Source: a virus
IMG/VR virus record: IMGVR_UViG_3300028394_000037
DNA: 64,000 nt
Direction: 5' to 3' (one strand)
The notes under the pieces were generated by a model, which searched no databases, was not told the DNA's origin, and saw only the letters and a program-made list of their open reading frames with translations. Both the position numbers and the translations under genes were made by a program. Numbering within the stretch: the stretch's first letter is position 1; every line of letters starts with the position of its first letter. This document shows, in pieces, positions 33,858 through 43,933 of this stretch.

Positions 33858-34411
33858 CAGGCTTGGTTGGTAATTTGTACTTGTTGATAATAAAGTATTC
33901 CACCACCACCTGCCCCGTAAGCAGCAATCTTTTGAGAAATAACTGCGGTAGCATCGGTTGGCGCAAAGGCAGTCAGAATTCCACTTGAATTATAGCTTAC
34001 GGTAATTCTGCCTTGGAAATAACCATTTACACCAGAAGATGTATCTACAGATGCAACTCTCTGATGGGAGAAATCATAATATGATTGTCCACTTGCAGTT
34101 AGACTGATATAATCACCAACACCAAATGGTGCTTGAGTACCTTCTGCAAAGGTTAGAATCGTTGATGTTCCAGTGGTAACACCAACTACTCTATTAGATG
34201 CTTTTGTAAGCGCAAGAGTTACTGCAGACCCTGATGGAATGTAGTAGTCAGTTACTGATGTAGCTGGACTTGCTGCAATTGCAACGTGTGCAGCTCCACC
34301 AACCGCAATCACTCTCAAAGTATCAGACTGAACTGAAAATGCTGTTGAAGTTGTTGCGGTTCCTGCTGTAAATGCAAATGAGGCACCTGCCCCAACCGGT
34401 CTATGCGTCAT
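33857..34411 (-). CDS. Conserved hypothetical, probable virion protein
   Basis: Beta-rich 184 aa between g20 and g21; CTAAATA at 34436-34442; TGATG overlap with g21. Confidence 0.7.
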   Translation of the reverse strand: MTHRPVGAGASFAFTAGTATTSTAFSVQSDTLRVIAVGGAAHVAIAASPATSVTDYYIPSGSAVTLALTKASNRVVGVTTGTSTILTFAEGTQAPFGVGDYISLTASGQSYYDFSHQRVASVDTSSGVNGYFQGRITVSYNSSGILTAFAPTDATAVISQKIAAYGAGGGGILYYQQVQITNQA

Positions 34412-34464
34412 TATTCGTATAATACATTTATTAGTTATTTAGTATTTCTCACAAGTTCTCAATA

Positions 34465-34650
34465 TCACTCTTCGTCTTCTTCCTCATATTCTTCTTCGGA
34501 GTCTTCATCTTCACCAAATAGTGAAGATGCTACCATTGGACGAAATGCATCCAGTCTTTCTGCAGATTTTGAGAACAACAAGTCCTTAATTTTATCGCTA
34601 ATATGCGAAGGAGATTCGTCAGAAACAATCATATCCATCAGTTCATCCAT
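34465..34650 (-). CDS. Small acidic protein at the position of T4 prohead core genes 67/68
   Basis: MDELMDMI...ISDKIKDLLFSKSAERLD..RPMVASSLF with acidic tail; tandem TATAAATA at 34676-34689. Confidence 0.7.
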   Translation of the reverse strand: MDELMDMIVSDESPSHISDKIKDLLFSKSAERLDAFRPMVASSLFGEDEDSEEEYEEEDEE

Positions 34651-34684
34651 AGTTTTGACCAATTACTTACTTGTGTATTTATAT

Positions 34685-36370
34685 TTATATTTCAGCCCCT
34701 TTGGGAATTTCTGCTACTTTTGCATCTACTTTTGTAACATCTCCTTGCTTATCAATATTTGGTTCCATTACTGGTTGTCCTAAATTACCCATTTGACCAT
34801 CTTGCAATGGCATTCCAGTCTGAGGATCAATTGGAGTATTTGGATCTGGAATGATACCATTTTCAATTTCCTTTTTCATCAACATATCCTGTTCAAGAAT
34901 CTCAACGTCAGTTTGACGAAGAATTTTTCTTCTCAGATAATCTTGAGAAAAATACCTACCAACATATGGTTCTGCAACTTGAACCATATTTAATCTTTCA
35001 TTGAGAAGTTCTGCATCTTTAAGTTCTGCAAAGTGATTATCATACAAGAAGTCATATTGAATATGTTCATCCATCATCTCCCAATCTTCTGGAGTAATAA
35101 TATTTTTAAGAAGTAATTGAGTTCTTAGCATATCATTGAACATATATGAGAATCTTTTTCTCAAACGAGCAACAAATTTACTAAACTTAACTTCATCACG
35201 AAGAATTTCAGATGAACGTCCTAAATTAAATCCACCTTCACCATCCATTCTTGATGGTGGAACATTTAGAGAACGATAAAGTTTTTTCTTAAAGTATTCA
35301 ATATCTGTAATTTCTCCAAGATTTTGACCACCAGGAAGAGTTGTAATTTCTGTTCCTCTACCACCTTCTCTACGTGGAAGCCAGAAATCTTCCAGCATAC
35401 TCATAAATTTCTTATCATCTCGTACTTCACCAGTATTGGCATCATATACAAGTTTATTGCGATATCTCATCATTACATCACGAAGATATTGCTCTGCTTT
35501 AACCTTAGGGAGATTACCAACGTCAATATAGAAAATTCTTCTTTCTGGAGCACGAGAAAGTCTATAGATTACAAGACTATCTTCAATCATTCTCAATTGA
35601 TTGAGAGATTTGATTGACTTATGTAGATATGAAAGAGTTGATCCTTTATTGCGATCTACAAGACCTGAAGTGCAATATGTAATGGAATCTTTTGTCATCT
35701 TGATTCCTGCCTCACCACCCAAAGCTGAAGGATTTCCTGTAGGATATGTCATCTTTGGATTGTAGATGAAATATTCCTCCAATTCTGGAAATTCATATTC
35801 CATTGGATTGCTATTATTTGTATTTCCTAATCTATATTTTCTATCACTATCTTTTGTTTTTTTCTGTTGCCTTACATAACGCATCTTCATTGCGTCAATA
35901 TATCTTAATTCTTGAATTCCTTCTTCTGGTTTTTTAAAATCAATTACTTTATGATAATAAAGTCTTCCATCAATATACCAATTTCTATAAATTTCGTGAG
36001 ATTTTCTATCAAAATCCAATAAATCTAAAATAACTTTAAATTCTTCTCTGATCTTTTTCTTTATACCATCACTGGCATTTAGATTTGAAAGTTCAATTTG
36101 TACCGGAGAATCATTTGTATCTGATACAATTGCTTCATTTACTAAATCTTCAATTGCACTATCACATTCTGGATGAAGTGCCATTTCACGGTATCTTTTA
36201 ATTAAATCAAACTCAGTTCTATAAACACCTTCAATATCTACATAAGAACCAAAAAATCCACTACTTAGATAAAAATCAGACCCGTCTTCACTGTTAGGTG
36301 CGACGGGCGATACTGTAGATGGAGATAGTGGTTGATTGTCCTCAATAGAAAAACCAAATAATTTTGCCAT
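34685..36370 (-). CDS. gp20: Portal vertex protein
   Basis: MAKLFGFSI, YRLSRAPERRIFYIDVGNLPK, EDFWLPRREGGRGTEITTLPGG. Confidence 0.99.
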   Translation of the reverse strand: MAKLFGFSIEDNQPLSPSTVSPVAPNSEDGSDFYLSSGFFGSYVDIEGVYRTEFDLIKRYREMALHPECDSAIEDLVNEAIVSDTNDSPVQIELSNLNASDGIKKKIREEFKVILDLLDFDRKSHEIYRNWYIDGRLYYHKVIDFKKPEEGIQELRYIDAMKMRYVRQQKKTKDSDRKYRLGNTNNSNPMEYEFPELEEYFIYNPKMTYPTGNPSALGGEAGIKMTKDSITYCTSGLVDRNKGSTLSYLHKSIKSLNQLRMIEDSLVIYRLSRAPERRIFYIDVGNLPKVKAEQYLRDVMMRYRNKLVYDANTGEVRDDKKFMSMLEDFWLPRREGGRGTEITTLPGGQNLGEITDIEYFKKKLYRSLNVPPSRMDGEGGFNLGRSSEILRDEVKFSKFVARLRKRFSYMFNDMLRTQLLLKNIITPEDWEMMDEHIQYDFLYDNHFAELKDAELLNERLNMVQVAEPYVGRYFSQDYLRRKILRQTDVEILEQDMLMKKEIENGIIPDPNTPIDPQTGMPLQDGQMGNLGQPVMEPNIDKQGDVTKVDAKVAEIPKGAEI

Positions 36371-36400
36371 AACTAAATTATAATTTGATGCTACTATTTA

Positions 36401-36982
36401 TCAGTTACTTTTACCAACAGGATACCAATAATTCACTTGAAATTCAACAGTAAATTCTTCAATTTGATCTGAAGAATCAAATGAGAGATCAATTGCAGAA
36501 ATATTAGTTGGGAATATATCTTCAAATTTATATTCCTTTGCACTTTTAATACCGCCACCACTACTGGCTGTCATAGTTGAAACATTTCTATCCAATTGAG
36601 TCACTGTGGCATTTGCCATATAATCTGCCGGAGTTGTTACCCCACTCGCATCTTTATACTGACCAATATGTTGCATCCAGCTTTCCATAAACGTTCTGAT
36701 TACAAAATCAGTATCGTTAATGACAGTAATCTGCCAAGTATCAAATGTACGATCTCCTGCTACCTTAAATACTCTTCCTCTAAAAGGAACATCAATATTA
36801 CCAACATTTGATGCTGGAAGATTTGTTGCCTTACATAACAATGTAAATTTTGCATCAATTTGTGAACCAACTGCTGTCTGTGCCGCCGCTGGTAGAGTTA
36901 TTCCAACTTCAAATAGATTGGGGCGAGCACCACCACCCGAAAGTGCTGTTTTAAAATCTGATAGAGTTTTGTTTGTTGCCAT
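36401..36982 (-). CDS. gp19: Tail tube protein
   Basis: GGGARPNLFEV, VPFRGR..KVAGDRTFDTW, FPTNISAIDL, IEEFTVEF. Confidence 0.96.
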   Translation of the reverse strand: MATNKTLSDFKTALSGGGARPNLFEVGITLPAAAQTAVGSQIDAKFTLLCKATNLPASNVGNIDVPFRGRVFKVAGDRTFDTWQITVINDTDFVIRTFMESWMQHIGQYKDASGVTTPADYMANATVTQLDRNVSTMTASSGGGIKSAKEYKFEDIFPTNISAIDLSFDSSDQIEEFTVEFQVNYWYPVGKSN

Positions 36983-37016
36983 TTGTAAAATCTCCTTTGG
37001 TTTTAGTTAGTTATGT

Positions 37017-39218
37017 TTAAACAGTACCAGCAACTTCTTCAAAACTTACACCAGTGCGAGTTGCAACAAATGTAAGAGTAACATAGTTAATTGACTTGGT
37101 TGGTTTTAAGTAGATGTCAGCACGGAATTCATTGTTATCAATAACATCAGGAGTATTGTTTGTGGTGTCACAAACAACAAGGAATCCATAGAGTCCTCTT
37201 TTTGCTTGTACATCACGGAGATATGGTTCAACAATATTTCTAAAGTTTGCTCTAGTGAGGTCATCGTTGAGTTCAAAGAGTTGAGCATTTGCTGATTTTT
37301 GAAGTGCCTGCTCAATTGTTAGGAACAATCTACGAACGTTAATGCGGTCAAATGCAGATGCATACCCAAGTGCAGTCTTATCACCAAAGAGAAGAGTACC
37401 AATACCTGGTTGAGTAACAATAGAATTAACTCTCAAAGGATAGAGTTGATCTCTTTGATCCTTGGAAGGATTGTATGCAAGTTTAATTGCATTATTCAAA
37501 ATACCTCTCTGTTGTCCAGCAGGAGAGAACCAAGGATATGATGTAATGTTTGTTCTGCACATTAAACCTGCAATATCGGCATTACAAGGAATGTAGCGGA
37601 ACTGATTGTTGAATCTATCATAGGTGTACTTATATCCACTATCAAAGACTGCATAAGACGATGAAGAAAGTGAACTAAAGAATCTAATTAGATTATTAGT
37701 TTGAGTTGTTGTATTGGTAATATTTACCAAATTTGCCCTATGAGGACCAACTACTGCAATACAATCTTTTCTTAAATTAGCAATTGAGATTAAACTATTT
37801 GCCTTTGCCTGTGAATCAAATTCATTGGTTAAACCAGGACCCATAATTAAATAATCAACAGCAACACCATCTCTGTTAGTGAAGAGGTCATATGAAGTTG
37901 TTAAATCTCCAAGAGTTGCTTCCATTCCACCAGAAGCAGAATAATCAACACCACCAGTTAAGGTGTAAGTCTTATTGCCAATTGCATTGAAGGTAATACC
38001 CTGTGCATTTTGTCCCCAGAGTCCTCCATTAGTAGTAATTGGAGTAAATGATGTTGAGAAGGCAACTGCTCTTGGTGTAGTTCCCCAGAAAGCATCTGTC
38101 GCACTAGATGTATTATATCCTGAGTAGATTTGTGATGAGAAATCTGCAATATAATTCTTATACCAGATTTTCTGTGGAGAATTAACTGCAGAAATTGCAT
38201 CAAGTGCCTTAGAAAGTCCTACGTGATTCTCAATAATCGCACCTTGAATTCCGGTGATTGTACCGAAATCATCAACAACAGCAATATTGATGCCATCTCC
38301 TTCTCCACCTCTTCCAGCAGTGTAACTTGTAGTTACTGGTTTTGGTGCAATAGACTTCCAATATACAGTACTATTGGTTAAACCAAGAGTTTGTTGATCG
38401 TACCAATCTACAACGGTTGCTGGAGTTACACCTGCTAATCCTTGTGTAGAACCAGTAGCAATACCAGAATTATTTACAAACTTAATTGTATTTGAAGTTG
38501 TGAAAGATGCATAACTTGCAGATTGTGCATAGTTAATTGCAGTTTCTGTACCTGTAGAAGAAACTCTTGAAACAATATGAACATCAATTGCACTATTTCC
38601 GTTAGTGGAATCAGTAGTAACTCCAGTAATAATTCCTTTTAGATATCCATTAAATACTGAAGTTGTTCCTGTACCAGGAAGGACAACATTGCTAAGTGCT
38701 GCAGTAACACCAAATCCAATCGTAGCACCTAAAGTGCCTGGATTAGTAGTTGTGATACCTATAGTTTGATCTGCAAAATCATCAATAAAACAAACCTTCA
38801 AACTATTTGCCCAAGAACCTGGATTTTTAGCTGCAAAAGTGAAGTTAGTTGCAGTTGAAAAATTATTTTGATAATCGTCGTAATTTTTAATGTTGAGTGT
38901 AGTAGTTGTTCCAATTCCTACACCAGCATTTGCACAATTAAGTGTGCTACCACTAGTTCTAACGACCTTAAGAACACCACCATATGAAAGATATGATGAA
39001 GCACTCATCCAGTACTCATATTGAGCATTTGTTGAAAGTGGTTTACCGAAAGTATTGATTAAATCTTGTTCGGTTGAAATGTTAATTGGAGAATCTACAG
39101 GTCCAATTGAAAATGGTCCAGCAATTGCTCCAATATTGTCTATTACATTATCTGCTCTCCCAACTGTTAAATCAACTTCCCTAGTAAGTACCCCAGGAGA
39201 TAATTGAGGAGTCGCCAT
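37017..39218 (-). CDS. gp18: Tail sheath protein
   Basis: LSPGVLTREVDLT, PWFSPAG, GDKT, FDRINVRRLF, CDTTNNTP. Confidence 0.98.
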   Translation of the reverse strand: MATPQLSPGVLTREVDLTVGRADNVIDNIGAIAGPFSIGPVDSPINISTEQDLINTFGKPLSTNAQYEYWMSASSYLSYGGVLKVVRTSGSTLNCANAGVGIGTTTTLNIKNYDDYQNNFSTATNFTFAAKNPGSWANSLKVCFIDDFADQTIGITTTNPGTLGATIGFGVTAALSNVVLPGTGTTSVFNGYLKGIITGVTTDSTNGNSAIDVHIVSRVSSTGTETAINYAQSASYASFTTSNTIKFVNNSGIATGSTQGLAGVTPATVVDWYDQQTLGLTNSTVYWKSIAPKPVTTSYTAGRGGEGDGINIAVVDDFGTITGIQGAIIENHVGLSKALDAISAVNSPQKIWYKNYIADFSSQIYSGYNTSSATDAFWGTTPRAVAFSTSFTPITTNGGLWGQNAQGITFNAIGNKTYTLTGGVDYSASGGMEATLGDLTTSYDLFTNRDGVAVDYLIMGPGLTNEFDSQAKANSLISIANLRKDCIAVVGPHRANLVNITNTTTQTNNLIRFFSSLSSSSYAVFDSGYKYTYDRFNNQFRYIPCNADIAGLMCRTNITSYPWFSPAGQQRGILNNAIKLAYNPSKDQRDQLYPLRVNSIVTQPGIGTLLFGDKTALGYASAFDRINVRRLFLTIEQALQKSANAQLFELNDDLTRANFRNIVEPYLRDVQAKRGLYGFLVVCDTTNNTPDVIDNNEFRADIYLKPTKSINYVTLTFVATRTGVSFEEVAGTV

Positions 39219-39272
39219 TTTTTTCTCCGTAAAGTCTCAGTTTATCTAAAAGATATTTATTAAATTATTAAT

Positions 39273-40919
39273 TTACATATATTGCCACATAAAAGATCTA
39301 TCGCCATATTCATCTGCAAACCATCTATCCCCATCAACGTCTGTGAAACTAGAATCACCCATTCCATCATCCATAAATCCAAATGGTGCCATATCTTGAT
39401 CTATTTGATTTTTTTGTTCCTCATACAATTTCTTTCTTACATCTTGATCTGTAAGTTCTTTAAAATAATCCTGCGCTACTAACCAGGCATAAATTACTAA
39501 ACACATTGCAAGATCATCATTACATCCTTCTTCTGCTTCAAATGAATTATGTTTTTGAATAAATGTTGTAAGTTCGCTAATAATTTCATAATCATTGAAT
39601 AATAATTTATTCTCTTCAATCATTGTCTTTAAGTTCAAACATCCAACTTTTTTTACAGTTTTGGACATTTTTACTCCAAGTTGAGTTTTCTTTCCAGAAA
39701 ATCCTTGTCCCACAATTTGACCAGCACGACCTCTCATTGAACACATAAGAATATTTTGGTATTCCAGATCATATTGAAGAATACTTGCTACTTGATCTCC
39801 AATATCATTCACTTCACATAAAATAAAAGCATTGTTATAACTTTTTGCTATTTCATAAATTATACTAGGAAATATCATTGGTTTAATTTCATTATTTCTA
39901 TACTTTGCAACAATTACGTGTGGAAATATTGTAATATCTACTATTACAAATGCAGAATAATCATTTCCAACTCCTCTAGCAACGTCTACAGTGATAATAT
40001 AATCGTGTTTATCTTCTGGGTCCAGATAAACATCTAAACCACCACTACGGGTCTTAGGATTATCATAGACAAAACTTCTAAGTTTACTTGGTGCAATCAG
40101 AGTATCAACAGAACCAAGAAATTCACATTCAAACTCAACCTTAAATTGTTGTTCACTAGTATTGGCAATTGTCTGTGCTTTCCAAACTTCGTCTCTGCCA
40201 GGAACTTCAGTCCAATGAACATCTGTTGGAATATATTCATTTTTTCCTCTTTCTGCATCGTGCCACATTCGGTAGAAGTGATTCATACCGTGAGGTGTGG
40301 ATACAATAATTACCTTTGTTGATTTACCAGATGAAATTGTGGGATAAACAGAAGCAAAGAATTGATCTGCAATATGATTTGGAATGAATGCAAATTCATC
40401 CATAAAAATAATATTAAATGACATACCACGAACAGCAGATGCAGATGTTGATGCTGCAATAATTTTTGAACCATTCTCAAGCATCAAGCTTCCTTTATTC
40501 CAAGAAAGAATACCCTGTTGCATCCATTTGGGTAAGTTTTCATATGCAATTTGAAGACGCTCAAGAAGTTCTCTTGCAGTTGCTGCCTTGTTTGCAAGAA
40601 TACCAATATTTACACTATCATTAAAAACTGCGTAATGTAAAAGATAAGAAACCACAGTTGTAGATTTACCTGTTTGACGAGGCATTTTACATATATTAAA
40701 TCTATTATTATGAAAGTTTCTTATCAATTTTTTTTGAAATTCATACATATCAAAAGGAATTAGTCCTCTATCAACGTTTACAATTTTTACATAATTTTCT
40801 GCGAAATATACTGGATCTTCTTTACATTTAATAAACTCAAGAATATTATCTTCTGTAAATTCAATATGAGTATTTGCTTTTTTTAAATTAGGATTACCTA
40901 AGTAAATATCATCTGCCAT
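39273..40919 (-). CDS. gp17: Terminase large subunit
   Basis: YLGNPNLK, PRQTGKSTT, MDEFAF, STPHG, VDVARG, NDDLAM. Confidence 0.98.
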   Translation of the reverse strand: MADDIYLGNPNLKKANTHIEFTEDNILEFIKCKEDPVYFAENYVKIVNVDRGLIPFDMYEFQKKLIRNFHNNRFNICKMPRQTGKSTTVVSYLLHYAVFNDSVNIGILANKAATARELLERLQIAYENLPKWMQQGILSWNKGSLMLENGSKIIAASTSASAVRGMSFNIIFMDEFAFIPNHIADQFFASVYPTISSGKSTKVIIVSTPHGMNHFYRMWHDAERGKNEYIPTDVHWTEVPGRDEVWKAQTIANTSEQQFKVEFECEFLGSVDTLIAPSKLRSFVYDNPKTRSGGLDVYLDPEDKHDYIITVDVARGVGNDYSAFVIVDITIFPHVIVAKYRNNEIKPMIFPSIIYEIAKSYNNAFILCEVNDIGDQVASILQYDLEYQNILMCSMRGRAGQIVGQGFSGKKTQLGVKMSKTVKKVGCLNLKTMIEENKLLFNDYEIISELTTFIQKHNSFEAEEGCNDDLAMCLVIYAWLVAQDYFKELTDQDVRKKLYEEQKNQIDQDMAPFGFMDDGMGDSSFTDVDGDRWFADEYGDRSFMWQYM

Positions 40920-40925
40920 AATTTA

Positions 40926-42428
40926 TCAACACTTCCAACGTCTTCTTGCTGCCAATCCTCTTTCTCCATCCCAACTTCTACTACGAGAACAGAAGTTTTT
41001 ACGACGTTGTGCTGCTTTACTTCCTGGTTTCACATCACCAGTTACAGGTGCTTGAAGATGTGAACCAGTAGCACGATTGTACTTATCCCTACCTTTTTTA
41101 GTAAGTCCACCACCTCTTTCCACTGAAAGTTTTTCACCTCTTCCAACTGATAATACTGGACCTTCTTCTTCAATAGTCTCTTCACCAATTGTTTTATTAT
41201 TCATTAAATAATTTTTTGACTTTTTATTGTCAACATAAATGAGTGGTTGTCCTGGAACAAATTCTGTAACCTTGTAAGATAATATTCTAGAATCAGGATA
41301 AACTTTTTGAATTTCATATTCAACATCCATTCTAGATGGAATACTTAATTGTGGGAAAAACATCTTTGTAATATAGGTTTTTCCTCTCCAATTTAATATT
41401 ACAGAAATAATATTGCCAGTTGTTGCAGGAAGACGAGTTGCTTCACTTACTTGTTGCTTAAATCCTTTGATTAGTTCTGGTTTGATTATATCAACAACTT
41501 CTGCAAATGTATTACCATTTGCATCTTCAATTGTTACATCTTCTTTCTTATATCCCTTTGCTTTTGGTACTCCTTTGGAAGGAACACAGTTTGGAACTTT
41601 TTTTCCATCTTTATCTTTCATTCCAACTTGAGTATATCCTTTCCAACAAGGATCTTCTTCTTGAAGTTCTGCAAGAATTTTAGCAACTAGTTTTTCTTCT
41701 TTTTTAATTGTTGGAAGTGTAGTAGTTTTTCCTAACTTTCTTTTTGCTACGTCTGCTTCGTTTGGATTTGGTGATGTGGTTAATGCCTCAATCTTTCTTC
41801 TTTTTGCTGCAACTTTATGTGCTTCAGGATTTATTGTAAATGATTCTTCCATTTCTCCACTTGCAATATAATCTGCTGCGGTATCAATATAATCTGCTGC
41901 CTTAGTGATTTTTGATTGTACCCACGCTTCCAAATTACCTTCACCTTTACTCATTTTTTTCTGAAGTCTCTTTATAGCATCCGCCATTGTAGAAAGTTCC
42001 GACCTTGCCATAGAATATTCGTGATCTTTTACTGAAAACTTATCCCAAGCCTTTTCTCCATAAGAACATTCTGATCTAGATTCTCTTTTGTCACAAAGAG
42101 AACAATATCTTTGCTCATCCATTTCTTCCTTTACATCCTTAAAATTTTTATGTTCTTTTTTTGCTGTTGTTTCCATTTTTTTAAGTCTGGTATAGTAATC
42201 GGGAATTTCATCTAAATGTTGCAAAGCAATATTTCTTGCTAAGTTATTATCTCCAGTATGTTCGTGCTCAATAGGAATTCCCATCTTGAGTTGATTTTCT
42301 ATAAACGAAACTTCTAGACGATGTTTTTTTGCAATCTCATTCACAGTTTTTGATGATTTTACTGAAGGACATTTTTTCTTTCCGTGTATTGAACAAACAG
42401 ATCCTTTATCAGTATGATTGCAATTCAT
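40926..42428 (-). CDS. Multi-module hypothetical protein between g16 and g17
   Basis: Small modules (MGIPIEHEHT...HLDEIPDYYTRL, DUF5661-like; DHEYSMARSEL; CWKGY...VPNCV; GGLTKKGRDKYN...RRKNFCSR, DUF6321-like) separated by Glu-rich linkers. ATAAATA at 42449-42455. Confidence 0.75.
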   Translation of the reverse strand: MNCNHTDKGSVCSIHGKKKCPSVKSSKTVNEIAKKHRLEVSFIENQLKMGIPIEHEHTGDNNLARNIALQHLDEIPDYYTRLKKMETTAKKEHKNFKDVKEEMDEQRYCSLCDKRESRSECSYGEKAWDKFSVKDHEYSMARSELSTMADAIKRLQKKMSKGEGNLEAWVQSKITKAADYIDTAADYIASGEMEESFTINPEAHKVAAKRRKIEALTTSPNPNEADVAKRKLGKTTTLPTIKKEEKLVAKILAELQEEDPCWKGYTQVGMKDKDGKKVPNCVPSKGVPKAKGYKKEDVTIEDANGNTFAEVVDIIKPELIKGFKQQVSEATRLPATTGNIISVILNWRGKTYITKMFFPQLSIPSRMDVEYEIQKVYPDSRILSYKVTEFVPGQPLIYVDNKKSKNYLMNNKTIGEETIEEEGPVLSVGRGEKLSVERGGGLTKKGRDKYNRATGSHLQAPVTGDVKPGSKAAQRRKNFCSRSRSWDGERGLAARRRWKC

Positions 42429-42457
42429 TTTTATCTAGTATCCTTATATATTTATTT

Positions 42458-42889
42458 TTAAGAATTTTTGTCTTCAATTAATTTTGATTTTAATAATTTT
42501 GATAATTCTGCAGTAGATCCAACAAATAGTGCATTTGTGACATTTGTGGGTCCTCTTACTTGTTTAATTTCATCAATATCTTTTAATTTTTTCTGTAGTT
42601 CCATTAATTTGTCAGTAGCATCCGCTACATTTTTAATTAATTGACCTGCAACTTCATATGCTCTTGGCATTTCACTTTCTTGTGCAAGTTCAAGAATGCC
42701 ATTGATTGCTTCTTGACCCTTTTCAATTAAAGAATACAAATTTCCTCTTGTATATTCATAATCCTTTTTTATATCATCAACAGATGATGATATTTTTTCT
42801 ATTTTTTCTTCATTAGTTTCAATTTCTTTGGATACTATTTCCCCAGAAATATCAAATGCATCATTTAATTTGTCAAATTTTTTTGCCAT
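42458..42889 (-). CDS. gp16: Terminase small subunit
   Basis: DYEYTRGNL, PRAYEVAGQL, NALFVGSTAELSKLL. Confidence 0.95.
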   Translation of the reverse strand: MAKKFDKLNDAFDISGEIVSKEIETNEEKIEKISSSVDDIKKDYEYTRGNLYSLIEKGQEAINGILELAQESEMPRAYEVAGQLIKNVADATDKLMELQKKLKDIDEIKQVRGPTNVTNALFVGSTAELSKLLKSKLIEDKNS

Positions 42890-42892
42890 TTT

Positions 42893-43885
42893 TTATATAG
42901 TATTCCCAGAAAATCCAAAATTATCACCATCTTGAATCAATAAATTGTCTGCAGAAGTGATGGATTTAATTTCTGCTCCAGATACGTGAGAAATTGCTTT
43001 TGTAGAATCTCTTCCTCTCTCAACTGTAAGAGTGCTGTCATCTTTTGATTTTACATAAATTTCTTCACCTTCAATATCAATATAAGTATTTTGTAAAATT
43101 GAAGATGCATTATTGACAGTTATTAATGTATCTGTGGGAGTAATATCATATGTAAGATTTGTAACAACAATTCCAGTATAATTTTTAAGTGCTCTTGGTT
43201 CTACAGAATAACTAAGTTCTCTAGTTGCAGAGGAACCTGCATCACTAGCAACAAATCCAACAGATATTTTTTTGACAACATCTTTGGTGACTGATGAAGT
43301 TGGTCCAAACAAATATGTTTTAGCTAAAAATTTTAAACTATAAAGTAATACTCTTCTTTTATCAAAATCTCCTTCATACTCATCTTGCATACTAATTCCT
43401 TCAAATATGATAGGAATATCCTTTTTCTCTTTTATTTCTTTAACTAATTCAATAGTTAAATTGTATGATGGTTGAAAATATGGTAAAATCTGCTCTACAA
43501 TTTGAAGCATATCATCATTCAATTTTGTCATAATATTCAATTCAAAAGTCATATTATATGGAACTGGCATATATGTTTTTTGAATATTATCACCATCTGG
43601 TGATGTAAAAGTTTGAGTTGATGTAACTTTTCGTGACCCATCATATGACAAACCGGTAAATTCAAATGACATTCTTGGTAATGTCATTTGAATGGGTTTA
43701 TTTAAATCTGGAGACTGTTCTAATCTTGCTAAAAACTTTTGTGTTGGTCCATAAGCAAGAGGAACTTTTATGACGCTAACGACATTATTATTATCATCAA
43801 AATGTTTAATATTAATATTATTAAATAATGTTCCAAATCCTATAATAGTTTTTCGTAGAATCTCGTGATAAAAATATCCAAACAT
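42893..43885 (-). CDS. gp15: Tail sheath stabiliser / completion protein
   Basis: YFYHEILRK, FGTLFNNI, VPLAYGP..KFLARL, LPRMSFE, QIVEQILPYFQP. Confidence 0.95.
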   Translation of the reverse strand: MFGYFYHEILRKTIIGFGTLFNNINIKHFDDNNNVVSVIKVPLAYGPTQKFLARLEQSPDLNKPIQMTLPRMSFEFTGLSYDGSRKVTSTQTFTSPDGDNIQKTYMPVPYNMTFELNIMTKLNDDMLQIVEQILPYFQPSYNLTIELVKEIKEKKDIPIIFEGISMQDEYEGDFDKRRVLLYSLKFLAKTYLFGPTSSVTKDVVKKISVGFVASDAGSSATRELSYSVEPRALKNYTGIVVTNLTYDITPTDTLITVNNASSILQNTYIDIEGEEIYVKSKDDSTLTVERGRDSTKAISHVSGAEIKSITSADNLLIQDGDNFGFSGNTI

Positions 43886-43933
43886 ATCTATTAAGAAGTG
43901 TACTTATATTAACTATTTAACATTTTTTTATAA

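Noticed and set aside
404-40919. Inteins or group I introns in nrdA, g41, g43, g17, g20
   Set aside because: All are continuous ORFs of ordinary length with no splice-junction or homing-endonuclease motifs.
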